32,000 nucleotides of DNA, taken from positions 60,001 to 92,000 of the forward strand of contig JACPWU010000011.1 of the NCBI GenBank assembly GCA_016196885.1. The letters run 5' to 3'. The notes under the pieces are model-generated. The model made no database searches. It was not told the origin of the DNA and saw nothing but the letters and a program-made list of their open reading frames with translations. This stretch comes from Chlamydiota bacterium. Its GTDB lineage: Bacteria; Auribacterota; JACPWU01. Position numbers and translations under genes: made by a program. This document shows positions 1-8,227 of the stretch, in pieces. Position 1 is the stretch's first letter. Each line of letters opens with the position of its first letter.

Positions 1-89
1 GCTTTCAACCTCCCAGATAATTCCAGAAGCTCAAGAATCTCTTTCTCGTTCCAGTCTTGAATATCAATAAAATCTTTTTTAACTTGCAT
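1..89 (-). CDS. argF: Ornithine carbamoyltransferase, N-terminal fragment running off the window start
   Basis: My translation of the minus strand from the ATG at 87-89 gives MQVKKDFIDIQDWNEKEILELLELSGRLK, the N-terminal helix typical of OTC/ATCase-fold carbamoyltransferases. It lies 22 nt downstream of argD in an argCJBD block. Only 29 codons are visible, so OTC versus ATCase rests on context. Confidence 0.5.
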   Translation of the reverse strand, partial: MQVKKDFIDIQDWNEKEILELLELSGRLK

Positions 90-111
90 CAACATTTTTC
101 ACTTTTCATTT

Positions 112-1308
112 TTAATTCTTCACTGCTTTTCTAAAAACCTTCCTCAAAATCTCCACCGCCTGATGAAGCTCCTTTTCAGTCACTGTCATTGAGGGCATGA
201 AGCGGATCACATTGCCTTGCGTACAATTAATCAGAAGCCCCTGGGCTAAACATTGCTTCACAAACTCCACGCCATCTATAGAAAGCTGAAGGGCCATCAT
301 CAAGCCCATCCCCCGAATTTCTGTCACAAAACTAAATTCTTTTTTAAGCGTCTCCAATTCCTTCCGTAAAAACTTCTCCATCTTTTGAGATCGCCTTGCC
401 AACCCTTCTTTTCGAATCACATGAAAAGAGGCCAGCGCCGCTCGACAAGCCAAGGGATTTCCGCCAAATGTGGTCGCGTGCGTCGCAGGCTGCAGCACAT
501 CGCCAAATTTGCGTTGGGCAATCATGGCCCCCACCGCCACCCCCCCTCCTAGAGTCTTGGCCAAAGTCATGATGTCCGGGAGAAGATCATAATGTTGATA
601 GGCAAAGATTTTTCCGGTACGGCCCATCCCCGTCTGAACCTCATCCAAAATCAAAAGGGCATCCTTCTGTGTGCATAAGTGCCGCGCCTCTTTTAGAAAC
701 TCGGGAGTCGCCACATGAACGCCTCCCTCTCCTTGTACCACTTCCAAAAGCACCGCACACACTTCACCATCAAAGGCCTTTCGCAAGGCCTCTACATCAT
801 TGAAGGGAATATGGATAAATCCGGGAACCAAGGGATCGAAGCCCTGCTGATATTTAGGTTGACCCGTCGCCGTAATCATGGCCAGCGTTCGGCCATGGAA
901 AGAACTCATGGCTGCAATGATTTTAAATTTTCCTTTGTCATGCCCGTATTTGCGAGCAAGTTTAATGGCCCCTTCATTGGCCTCCGCTCCACTGTTCGAG
1001 AAAAAACATTTTCCATCAAAAGAATTTTTAGAAATTTCTTTCGCCAGCTCACCTTGCACCTCGTTGTAATAATTGTTTGAAATGTGCAAGAGTCGGCCGG
1101 CTTGCCCGCGCACGGCCTTCACCACCTCCGGATGACAGTGGCCAAACCCGCTCACCCCCCAGCCCGGAAAACAATCCAGGTATTTTCGCCCCTGGGCATC
1201 CCAAATATATGAACCCTTCGCCCGAACAAACACGACAGGATTCTTTCGATAAGTCGGCATCACATATTGATCATACATTTGTATAATTCTTTTTGTCTTC
1301 TGACTCAT
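112..1308 (-). CDS. argD: Acetylornithine aminotransferase (class III PLP aminotransferase)
   Basis: 398-aa ORF with class III aminotransferase hallmarks (SNSGAEANEGAIKLARKY, LDEVQTGMGRTGK, TFGGNPLA). GGAGAG RBS upstream of the ATG. Arg operon context. Confidence 0.93.
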   Translation of the reverse strand: MSQKTKRIIQMYDQYVMPTYRKNPVVFVRAKGSYIWDAQGRKYLDCFPGWGVSGFGHCHPEVVKAVRGQAGRLLHISNNYYNEVQGELAKEISKNSFDGKCFFSNSGAEANEGAIKLARKYGHDKGKFKIIAAMSSFHGRTLAMITATGQPKYQQGFDPLVPGFIHIPFNDVEALRKAFDGEVCAVLLEVVQGEGGVHVATPEFLKEARHLCTQKDALLILDEVQTGMGRTGKIFAYQHYDLLPDIMTLAKTLGGGVAVGAMIAQRKFGDVLQPATHATTFGGNPLACRAALASFHVIRKEGLARRSQKMEKFLRKELETLKKEFSFVTEIRGMGLMMALQLSIDGVEFVKQCLAQGLLINCTQGNVIRFMPSMTVTEKELHQAVEILRKVFRKAVKN

Positions 1309-1357
1309 TTTTGAATTTTCTCTCCATGAATGATAAAATCAAAATGCAAAATGACAG

Positions 1358-1405
1358 ATCAAAATTTAAAATGTATCTATGTCTAGTCTTGTGAAAAATT
1401 TTGAT
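1358..1405. repeat. AT-rich inverted repeat (ATCAAAATTT / AAATTTTGAT) in the argB-argD intercistronic gap
   Basis: 10-bp arms at 1358-1367 and 1396-1405, flanked by CAAAAT-type tandem words (1335-1375). Confidence 0.5.
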
Positions 1406-1417
1406 ATTTAATTTAAC

Positions 1418-2350
1418 TTACAAGTTCTTCGAGAAAGGAAGCACCTGGGCCTCCGCTGAGCCTTCTCTAAAAATTTCTGTCCCAATTCCTTTGTCCGTAA
1501 AAATTTCCAACAAAAGAGAATGCAGGACGCGGCCGTCAATGATGTGTGTTTTCTGGACCCCTGCCTCGACGGCCCGAATACAAGATTTCACCTTGGGAAG
1601 CATTCCACCTGTTATCACACCCGTCTCAATCAAATGTTTTAATTCATGAACACCAAGGGTCGAAAATAAACTGTTGGGATCTTTGGGATCGCTCATCACA
1701 CCATTCACATCCGAAAGATAGACCAGCTTTTCTGCCTTGAGGGCCCCCGAAAGCTGGCTCGCCACATGATCGCCATTAATGTTATAAGCATTCCCCTCTA
1801 AATCAACACCGATGGGAGTCACGACGGCCACCGATTGTTTTTGAATCGCCTTACGAATCGGTTCCGCATTAACCAGTTTCACCTCCCCCACAAAACCAAT
1901 GTCCACCGCCTCGACCGTTCCATCCGCTCGCCGCGTCTCAACGAGAGGATGCTGGGTCACCAAAATCATATTCTCTGTTCGGCCTGAAATCCCCTTGGCC
2001 CGCCCGCCAAAGCTCTGAATCACATCCACCAATTCTTGATTGATCTCAAGCAAGGTCTCCTCAACCATGCGCATTGTCTGGGCATCGGTCACGCGAAGCC
2101 CTTCCACAAATTTGGGAACCTTTCCATGGGCCTTCATTTTCTCACTGATGCGCGGGCCCCCACCGTGAATAATCACGGGATTGATGCCCACACATTCCAT
2201 GAAGACCACGTCGCGCAAAATCCCCTCCAGAAAATCCTTTTGGGTCATCACACTGCCGCCAAACTTAATGACCACCGTCTTATTGCGGAAAGACTGGATA
2301 TAGGGAAGCGCCTCAATCAACACTTGAGCTTTTTGAATGTATTCTTGCAT
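1418..2350 (-). CDS. argB: Acetylglutamate kinase
   Basis: The ORF matches the amino-acid kinase family (VIKFGGS, IIHGGGPRI, NINGD). I trimmed the start to the ATG at 2348-2350 (MQEYIQKAQ...), because the 20 upstream codons read through the repeat at 2365-2476. Confidence 0.92.
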   Translation of the reverse strand: MQEYIQKAQVLIEALPYIQSFRNKTVVIKFGGSVMTQKDFLEGILRDVVFMECVGINPVIIHGGGPRISEKMKAHGKVPKFVEGLRVTDAQTMRMVEETLLEINQELVDVIQSFGGRAKGISGRTENMILVTQHPLVETRRADGTVEAVDIGFVGEVKLVNAEPIRKAIQKQSVAVVTPIGVDLEGNAYNINGDHVASQLSGALKAEKLVYLSDVNGVMSDPKDPNSLFSTLGVHELKHLIETGVITGGMLPKVKSCIRAVEAGVQKTHIIDGRVLHSLLLEIFTDKGIGTEIFREGSAEAQVLPFSKNL

Positions 2351-2364
2351 GCAATCCCCAAAAA

Positions 2365-2476
2365 CAGTACTTCGTGCATCGTACTTCGTACATCGTAAAA
2401 AGCAAGCCAACGTTCGAAGTTCGAAGTACGATGTACGACGTACGGTTTTACTCGATGTACGAAGTTCGCAGCACGG
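2365..2476. repeat. Word-repeat hairpin W2 (GTACGA/TCGAAG words) between argJ and argB
   Basis: The left arm 2365-2396 is complementary to the right arm 2413-2445 with a few mismatches. Loop AAAAAGCAAGCCAACG at 2397-2412. It shares more than 40 nt with the copy at 3693-3794. Confidence 0.8.
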
Positions 2477-2479
2477 TTG

Positions 2480-3682
2480 TTACATATTTATATCCACATA
2501 CTTATGCGTCAAATCGCACGTCCATACAACAGCATGCCCTTTTTCCAAGCCTAAATCCACGTGAATGTCGAGCTGCTTGGCCCGCATGACTTTTCTTGCC
2601 TCTCCCAATTTGATGCCAGAACTCTTGCCCTTTTTCACAAAGAAACGGCCATTAAATTTAACAGAAATTTTTTCAGAAACAATGCCTGAAATTTTAGCAC
2701 TTCCCAAAGCCGCCATGAGACGGCCCCAATTCGGGTCCTGAGAATAAAGGGAAACTTTAAAGAGATTTGAATTGGCAATCGCCAAAGCCCCTTTTTTCGC
2801 CTCTTCATCCGTGTGGGCTCCTGTCACACGAACCTGCACCAGTTTTGTCGCCCCCTCTCCATCCCAGGCAATCATCTTCGCCAATTTCAGCGTCACAAAA
2901 GAAAGGGCCTCGAGAAAAATTTCATACCCTTCTGATCCCAAGAGAATCTCTTTATTTCCCGCCATGCCATTGGCCATCAGAATGACAGAATCATTGGTAC
3001 TCATGTCTCCATCCACTGTCAAACAATTAAAAGAACGGTCCACCGTTTCTTTGAGCGCATGCTTCAACGCAGAAAGTTCAATCGCCGCATCGGTGGTGAT
3101 ATAGCAAAGCAGGGTCGCCATGTGGGGCTCGATCATACCGGCCCCTTTCGCCACTACGCCCATACGAACCCTCTTTTTCCCAATGCTAAATTCAACGGCG
3201 GCTGTTTTACCAAAAGTGTCCGTTGTTAAAATAGCCGCGGAAGCATCCATCTCTCCTTTTTTTGAAAGAAGCTTGGAAATTTTTTGAATCCCCATTTCAA
3301 TGGTTTCCATGGGAAGTCTTTTGCCGATCACACCTGTCGAGGAAACTAAAACTTCTTCCTGATGAAGATTCAATGCTTGAGCAACGGTCTTGGCCATTTT
3401 ACGCGTATCTCGAAAACCGCCTTCGCCCGTACAAGCATTCGCATTTCCACTGTTCACAATAATGGCTCGAGCCATACCCTTTTTCACAATTTCTCGGCAC
3501 CATCTGACGGGAGCAGCCGCAAAAGAATTGGTTGTAAAAGTCCCTGTAACTCGAGCAGGGACTTCAGAAAAAATCAGGGCCAAATCCTTTTTGGACATTT
3601 TAATGCCACAATTCATTCCTGCAGCCAAAAATCCTTTCGGAAAACAAATAGAGCCATGTGACAATTCTTTGAGATATTGCAT
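2480..3682 (-). CDS. argJ: Bifunctional ornithine acetyltransferase / N-acetylglutamate synthase
   Basis: ArgJ family features are present, including the autoproteolytic site region (HMATLLCYITTDA). Start trimmed to the ATG at 3680-3682, preceded by GGAGGTG; the upstream codons lie in the repeat. Confidence 0.92.
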   Translation of the reverse strand: MQYLKELSHGSICFPKGFLAAGMNCGIKMSKKDLALIFSEVPARVTGTFTTNSFAAAPVRWCREIVKKGMARAIIVNSGNANACTGEGGFRDTRKMAKTVAQALNLHQEEVLVSSTGVIGKRLPMETIEMGIQKISKLLSKKGEMDASAAILTTDTFGKTAAVEFSIGKKRVRMGVVAKGAGMIEPHMATLLCYITTDAAIELSALKHALKETVDRSFNCLTVDGDMSTNDSVILMANGMAGNKEILLGSEGYEIFLEALSFVTLKLAKMIAWDGEGATKLVQVRVTGAHTDEEAKKGALAIANSNLFKVSLYSQDPNWGRLMAALGSAKISGIVSEKISVKFNGRFFVKKGKSSGIKLGEARKVMRAKQLDIHVDLGLEKGHAVVWTCDLTHKYVDINM

Positions 3683-3692
3683 TTCACCTCCA

Positions 3693-3794
3693 CGTACATC
3701 GAACATCGTACATCGAACACCGTACATCGTACTTCGAACACCGCAAAAAGCAAGCCAACGTTCGAAGTACGATGTACGACGTACGGATGTTCAG
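3693..3794. repeat. Word-repeat hairpin W3, homologous to W2, between argC and argJ
   Basis: Stem CGTACATCGTACTTCGAAC / GTTCGAAGTACGATGTACG around the same loop AAAAAGCAAGCCAACG (3745-3760). It fills nearly the whole 114-nt gap between the argC stop and the argJ RBS. Confidence 0.8.
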
Positions 3795-3796
3795 TA

Positions 3797-4813
3797 TTAT
3801 AAAAGTCCCATCGTCTCCGCAAGCCCACACATCAAATTCATATTCTGAACAGCCTGACCTGAAGCCCCCTTCACCATGTTATCAATGACAGAGATCACAA
3901 TCACGCGATTCGTTCTCTCATCCACTTGAAGTCCAATATCACAGAAATTAGAACCGTAGACATTTTTCGTCTGCGGATAGTTTCCAAGAGGCAGGACTCG
4001 AATGAAGGGTTCATTTTGATAAAATTTTTGATAGGCCTCTACTAAATTCTCTGTTTTTACCTTCTTGGCAAGAAAGGCGTACATCGTTGACAAAATTCCT
4101 TTTTCAAGGGGAATAAGATGCGGCACAAAAGTCACATGGATGTTGGCGCTTGTGAAATTCTTAAGGACCTGTTCGATTTCCGGCGTATGCTGATGCACCG
4201 CAATTTTATACGCCTTCATATTCTCATAAACTTCAACAAAATGTGTTCCCAAACTCAGGCCTCTTCCCGCACCACTCACCCCTGACTTCGCATCTATGAC
4301 AATGCCCTGAGGATCTATGAATCCACCCTTCAATGCCGGGACCAGTCCTAAAGAGGCGGCCGTCGGATAACAACCCGGATTTGAGACAAACGTGGCCTTT
4401 TTAATTTTATCCCGAAAAATTTCGCTAAGGCCATAAACAGCCTTCGAAAGATTCTCAACATCCTCATGAGGATGTTGATACCAAGTCTCATAGAGGGAAG
4501 CGCTCAAGCGGTAATCCCCACTTAAATCAATCACCCGCGTCCCTTGAGCCAAAAAAACTTTGGCCACTTTCATGGAAACCGTGTGAGGCAATGCCAAAAA
4601 AACAAAATCTAAAGTACCTTTTGGGGGAAGCTGATCTACAGGTTGGCACAGCACAGAAATTTTTGAGCGCAACTCTGGATAAACATCCGCGATGGATTGA
4701 TTCGCATATTGCTCGGATGTCAGAAAAGCAATCTGGACTTTGGGGTGGTGCAACAAGATTCTGATCAATTCACGACCGCTGTATCCCGTCGCCCCGCAAA
4801 TACCTATTTTCAT
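3797..4813 (-). CDS. argC: N-acetyl-gamma-glutamyl-phosphate reductase
   Basis: 338 aa with an N-terminal Rossmann motif (GICGATGYSG) and the catalytic Cys region (SNPGCYPTA). Confidence 0.93.
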   Translation of the reverse strand: MKIGICGATGYSGRELIRILLHHPKVQIAFLTSEQYANQSIADVYPELRSKISVLCQPVDQLPPKGTLDFVFLALPHTVSMKVAKVFLAQGTRVIDLSGDYRLSASLYETWYQHPHEDVENLSKAVYGLSEIFRDKIKKATFVSNPGCYPTAASLGLVPALKGGFIDPQGIVIDAKSGVSGAGRGLSLGTHFVEVYENMKAYKIAVHQHTPEIEQVLKNFTSANIHVTFVPHLIPLEKGILSTMYAFLAKKVKTENLVEAYQKFYQNEPFIRVLPLGNYPQTKNVYGSNFCDIGLQVDERTNRVIVISVIDNMVKGASGQAVQNMNLMCGLAETMGLL

Positions 4814-4846
4814 TTTTTCTTAAAAACATCCTTCCTGAACTGAAGC

Positions 4847-4874
4847 ATTATAATCCAATCACTGCCCACAAAAA
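4847..4874 (-). promoter_or_regulatory. Possible sigma70-type promoter for the arg operon
   Basis: Perfect TATAAT on the minus strand (4847-4852). A weak TTTTGT -35 lies 16 nt upstream (4869-4874). About 34 nt upstream of the argC ATG. Confidence 0.35.
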
Positions 4875-4908
4875 ATAAAAAAGCAGAAGTAGCAAAAACC
4901 ACCTCTGC
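4869..4908 (-). terminator. Intrinsic terminator downstream of rpsI
   Basis: Imperfect hairpin GCAGAGGTGG...CTACTTCTGC (4883-4908) followed on the minus strand by TTTTTTATTTTTT (4869-4882). Confidence 0.6.
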
Positions 4909-5003
4909 TTTCAAAAAAATAGAAAAATCAAAAATTAAAAATTTCCGCTACTGATAATGACGAAGATGAAAAATCCAAGTTAGGCAAGAGGGTGAAGAAC
5001 CGA

Positions 5004-5399
5004 CTATCGTTTCGAGAACTGGAAGCGTTTTCTGGCACCTTTTTGCCCATACTTCTTTCTCTCCCGCTCTCGTGAATCACGGGTCAAAAAGCCCCCACCT
5101 CTCAAGGCCTTCTTAAAAGTAGAATTCGATTCCAAAAGCGCCCTGGCAATCCCATGACGCAGTGCATCCGCCTGACCCGCAACCCCGCCGCCCAAAACTT
5201 TCGCGTCCACATCAAAAAGCTTTTCGGTCTTGGTCGCTTCCAAGGGCCGACGAAACAAACGAAGCAAATTGGGACTCGGAAAATAACTCTCGCAGTCCCG
5301 GCCATTCACCAGAATTTTCCCGGTTCCTGTTTTAATCCACACCTTGGCGATCGCCCTTTTTCTGCGCCCTGTGCCGTAATATTTGATTGTCTCTGCCAT
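5004..5399 (-). CDS. rpsI: 30S ribosomal protein S9
   Basis: 131 aa ending in ...KKYGQKGARKRFQFSKR, the canonical S9 C-terminus. Immediately follows rplM. Confidence 0.97.
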   Translation of the reverse strand: MAETIKYYGTGRRKRAIAKVWIKTGTGKILVNGRDCESYFPSPNLLRLFRRPLEATKTEKLFDVDAKVLGGGVAGQADALRHGIARALLESNSTFKKALRGGGFLTRDSRERERKKYGQKGARKRFQFSKR

Positions 5400-5412
5400 G
5401 GTAAGAAACCCC

Positions 5413-5841
5413 TTAAAGTTCTATTTTCTCCGGCTTCTGAGCCGCATGGGGATGAATCTCCCCCGCATAAATCTTCAGCTTCTTGAGAACAGCCCTTCCC
5501 AACCGATTCGCAGGCAGCATTCCCTTCACCGCATGCTCAATAATTCTCTCAGGATGTTCTCGTTTCACTTTTTCGTAAGGGATCCGTTTTTGTCCGCCGG
5601 GATAACCCGAAGCCGTCTTATAAATGATTTGCTCCTCTTTTTTACCCGTGACCTTCACCTTTTCGGCATTGATCACCACCACAAAATCTCCGCAATCCAC
5701 ATGCGGGGTAAAAATGGGCTTTCTCTTGCCCCGAAGCAAATCTGCAATGTTCACAGACAAACGGCCTAGAATCTTATCTTGAGCATCCACCAAAAACCAT
5801 TTCCTCGTGCCATCTGCAATTTTAGCAACATACGTTTTCAT
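5413..5841 (-). CDS. rplM: 50S ribosomal protein L13
   Basis: 142 aa beginning [24 protein letters not shown], the canonical L13 N-terminus. Confidence 0.97.
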   Translation of the reverse strand: MKTYVAKIADGTRKWFLVDAQDKILGRLSVNIADLLRGKRKPIFTPHVDCGDFVVVINAEKVKVTGKKEEQIIYKTASGYPGGQKRIPYEKVKREHPERIIEHAVKGMLPANRLGRAVLKKLKIYAGEIHPHAAQKPEKIEL

Positions 5842-5877
5842 CTCAAAATTTATCCCCTTCCAAACTTAAGGCCTCGT

Positions 5878-5905
5878 ACTATACACGATTCCAAAAAACT
5901 GTCAA
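5878..5905 (-). promoter_or_regulatory. Sigma70-type promoter for rplM-rpsI
   Basis: Minus strand TTGACA (5900-5905), a 16-nt spacer, then TATAGT (5878-5883), about 37 nt upstream of the rplM ATG. Confidence 0.6.
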
Positions 5906-5998
5906 TATAGATTTACATCGTCCGCATGGTTCTTTGCCGACAGCGTCTTAAATCTTCGGATCTTCTCTTTCCAACCTCAAATTCTTCCACAACGCCTC

Positions 5999-6083
5999 GT
6001 AAGGTAAAAGTAAGGAGTAAGAGTAAGGGGTCATGCTTGAAGTAAGGTAAGGTAGAAGTAAGTCAGTAAGAGTACGGGGTCAA
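5999..6083 (+). repeat. Direct GTAAG-word array: two ~40-nt units each ending GAGTA(A/C)GGGGTCA
   Basis: Unit a is 5999-6033 and unit b is 6042-6083. All words are on one strand, with no complementary arm seen. Confidence 0.7.
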
Positions 6084-6124
6084 ATCTCTGGTTAGATCAT
6101 TCTTAGCCGTCTCTTGCTTGAACC

Positions 6125-6308
6125 TAGCCCGCATTTCTCATCACATTTCTGCTACGAGCGCCGATTCCGCCTCGTCTCTCCGTGCAGACTCGGTCGGCCA
6201 CGCTCAACATACTGTAAAGTATGCCTCGCATGGCCTTGGTCGTCTTCCTCGCATCCAAAGCGGACTCAGGCGTTCCTCGCGACGAAATCTGATGAGAAAT
6301 GCGGGCTA
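6125..6308 (+). mobile_element. MITE family H, copy 1 (180 bp plus flanking TA/TA)
   Basis: Perfect 20-bp terminal inverted repeats, counting the flanking TA (CTAGCCCGCATTTCTCATCA / TGATGAGAAATGCGGGCTAG). TA dinucleotides flank both ends. Nearly identical second copy at 15280-15465. Confidence 0.85.
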
Positions 6309-6321
6309 GCTCAAAATATCC

Positions 6322-7197
6322 TCACTTTTCAGGAACCTCGGCAAGTTCCAAAATCTGCCCAATCAAATCCTCTCGCCCAATGCACATTAAATGAACTCCG
6401 GCGCAAACTCCTTGAAGGGCTTCGATCGTTTCCGCGGCAATACGAACACCTTCTTGAATCGGGTCTTGAGCCTTTTCTAGGCGCCCGATGTAAGAAGCGG
6501 GAACATGTACACCCGGCACTTTCTCATTTAAAAAGGTCGCCATCTTGGCCGATTTAAGAAGAATAATCCCCGCAATCACCTTCGGTGAAAAAGCACGGAC
6601 GCGATCCATAAAGCGCTTGAACGGTTCAATTTCATAAACTCCTTGCGTCTGAAAAAACTGAGCCCCGCATTCTACCTTTTTTTGAAATTTAGAGAATTCC
6701 ACTTCCATGTCTTTGGCACCTGGATTGGCTGCTGCACCAATACAAAAATCGGTCTTGGCATTTAATTCTTTGCCAACATCATTTAAACCTTGATTTAAAT
6801 TTTGTAAAATTCTCATCAAATGCAGTGAATCAATGTCAAAAACTTCTTTGGCTTGCGGATGGTCTCCTGCCTTCACAGGGTCTCCGGTCAGGGCTAACAC
6901 ATTGCGAACCCCCAAGGCATAGGCCCCCAAAAAATCGGATTGAATGGCCATGCGATTACGGTCCCGGCAAGTGACTTGCATAATAGCCTCTACTCCCTCT
7001 CTCACCAAAAGCGCCGCAGCTGCTAGCGGGCTCATGCACATCACGGCGCGATTGTTATCCGTTAAATTGGCCGCATCAATCCTGCCTTTTAAATGTCTCA
7101 CCTTCTCTAAAAGCTCAGACACATCGGGCCCCTTAGGGGGGGATAATTCTGCGGTGACAACAAACTGGCCTAAATTTATTTTATCGCGTAACCTCAT
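6322..7197 (-). CDS. metF: Methylenetetrahydrofolate reductase
   Basis: 291 aa with MTHFR-family motifs (VTAELSPPKG, TCRDRN, LALTGDP). Confidence 0.85.
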   Translation of the reverse strand: MRLRDKINLGQFVVTAELSPPKGPDVSELLEKVRHLKGRIDAANLTDNNRAVMCMSPLAAAALLVREGVEAIMQVTCRDRNRMAIQSDFLGAYALGVRNVLALTGDPVKAGDHPQAKEVFDIDSLHLMRILQNLNQGLNDVGKELNAKTDFCIGAAANPGAKDMEVEFSKFQKKVECGAQFFQTQGVYEIEPFKRFMDRVRAFSPKVIAGIILLKSAKMATFLNEKVPGVHVPASYIGRLEKAQDPIQEGVRIAAETIEALQGVCAGVHLMCIGREDLIGQILELAEVPEK

Positions 7198-7216
7198 CTC
7201 TGCCTTTCTAGTACAT

Positions 7217-7300
7217 CATTGATAATGGATAATTGAGAAATTGACAATGAAGGAATATTGATTTTAAATTATCCATTATCAATTCTCAATTATCAATTAA
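7217..7300. repeat. Word-repeat hairpin W5 (GATAAT/TTGAGAA words) between truA and metF
   Basis: GATAATGGATAA (7221-7232) pairs with TTATCCATTATC (7269-7280). GATAATTGAGAA pairs with TTCTCAATTATC (7283-7294). Confidence 0.65.
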
Positions 7301-7324
7301 GTTTAATAAACTCATCACTGAATA

Positions 7325-8074
7325 CTACCTGTATTTCACCTTCATCAACACCAACCCCTGCGGTAAAGCCGTTTGACCCGCCAGAGAACGATTCTTGCCA
7401 GAAACAACTTTCCTAAACTCTGCTACTGTTAATTTCCCCTCGCCTACTCCTAATAAAGTCCCCACAATAGATCTAGCCATTTTATACAGAAATCCATTTG
7501 CTTCCAACTCAATTGTGGTGCGATCGCCTTTTTTTGAAATAGATACTTTTTTCATTCTCTTCACGGGATTATCTTTGAAACCCTCCGGATGATGCCGATG
7601 GACCCCAAAACTTGAAAAGTCATGTTTCCCAATGATTAAACGAGCCGCTCTCCTCATCTGGATCAAATCCAGAGATCCTGGATGATGAAGTAAAAAATTT
7701 CTCTCGAACACGGGCAAGATTTTTCCCGTCCATATCTGATAGCGATAAATTTTCCCCTTCGCCCCATATTGCGCGTGGAAATTGTGAGAAACTTTTTCTA
7801 TTCTCAGAATGCGAACATCCGCCGGCAACTTGCTGTTAACAGCCCTTTGAAGATCCTGACAGGGAAGCCTCGTCTTCGATCGAAAATGGGCCACCTGCCC
7901 TAGGGCATGCACCCCTCTATCCGTTCGGCCCGATCCATGGACTCTGACCTTTTCGCAAACAATTTGCTCAATGGCCTTTTCTAGCACCTCTTGTATCGTG
8001 CTGGCGTTTTTCTGAATTTGCCAGCCTTGGTATGCTGTTCCATCGTAAGATAAAGTTAATTTAAACATATGCAT
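7325..8074 (-). CDS. truA: tRNA pseudouridine(38-40) synthase
   Basis: 249 aa: LSYDGTAYQGWQIQ, the GSGRTDRGVHA catalytic Asp motif, and YKMARSIVG. The start could instead be the ATG at 8066-8068. Confidence 0.93.
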   Translation of the reverse strand: MHMFKLTLSYDGTAYQGWQIQKNASTIQEVLEKAIEQIVCEKVRVHGSGRTDRGVHALGQVAHFRSKTRLPCQDLQRAVNSKLPADVRILRIEKVSHNFHAQYGAKGKIYRYQIWTGKILPVFERNFLLHHPGSLDLIQMRRAARLIIGKHDFSSFGVHRHHPEGFKDNPVKRMKKVSISKKGDRTTIELEANGFLYKMARSIVGTLLGVGEGKLTVAEFRKVVSGKNRSLAGQTALPQGLVLMKVKYR

Positions 8075-8100
8075 ATTGACGATGAGCCTTCTAAAAAAAT

Positions 8101-8186
8101 AAGCGTTCAGCGTTTAGCGTACAGCGTTCAGAAAAACAAAAATCGATGTGATTGTTTTTCCTGTCCGCTAAACGCTGTACGCTATT
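8101..8186. repeat. Word-repeat hairpin W6 (AGCGTT/CAGCGT words) in the truA/amidase divergent region
   Basis: Left arm AAGCGTTCAGCGTTTAGCGTACAGCGTTCAG and right arm CCGCTAAACGCTGTACGCTA. The central region holds a sub-hairpin GAAAAACAA...TTGTTTTTC. Confidence 0.7.
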
Positions 8187-8227
8187 GCATTTTAGCACAG
8201 CATCCGCTAAGTTGTTATCGAACCTTT

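Noticed and set aside
715-1286. Antisense or alternative-frame ORFs inside large genes (for example 715..1080, 2036..2398, 18133..18744, 24384..24722, 28160..28906, 31338..31643)
   Set aside because: They lie wholly within strongly supported conserved CDSs on the opposite strand or in another frame, have low-complexity or Arg/Ser/Pro-rich composition, and I recognise no family.
3693-3794. W3 as an intrinsic terminator between argC and argJ
   Set aside because: No U-tract follows the stem in mRNA sense. The stem runs directly into the argJ Shine-Dalgarno, so simple termination is unlikely. It is kept only as a possible processing or stability element.
4920-5003. A-rich stretch (AAAAATCAAAAATTAAAAATTT…) downstream of rpsI, as another word repeat
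   Set aside because: No complementary arm or second copy is visible. It is better explained as the AT-rich spacer around the rpsI terminator and arg promoter.
6285-6306. CTGATGAG followed and preceded by GAAA in the H-MITE terminus, resembling the hammerhead ribozyme core
   Set aside because: The motif is simply part of the 20-bp TIR. No stem II plus GAAA plus stem III arrangement and no cleavage-site triplet can be drawn around it on either strand.
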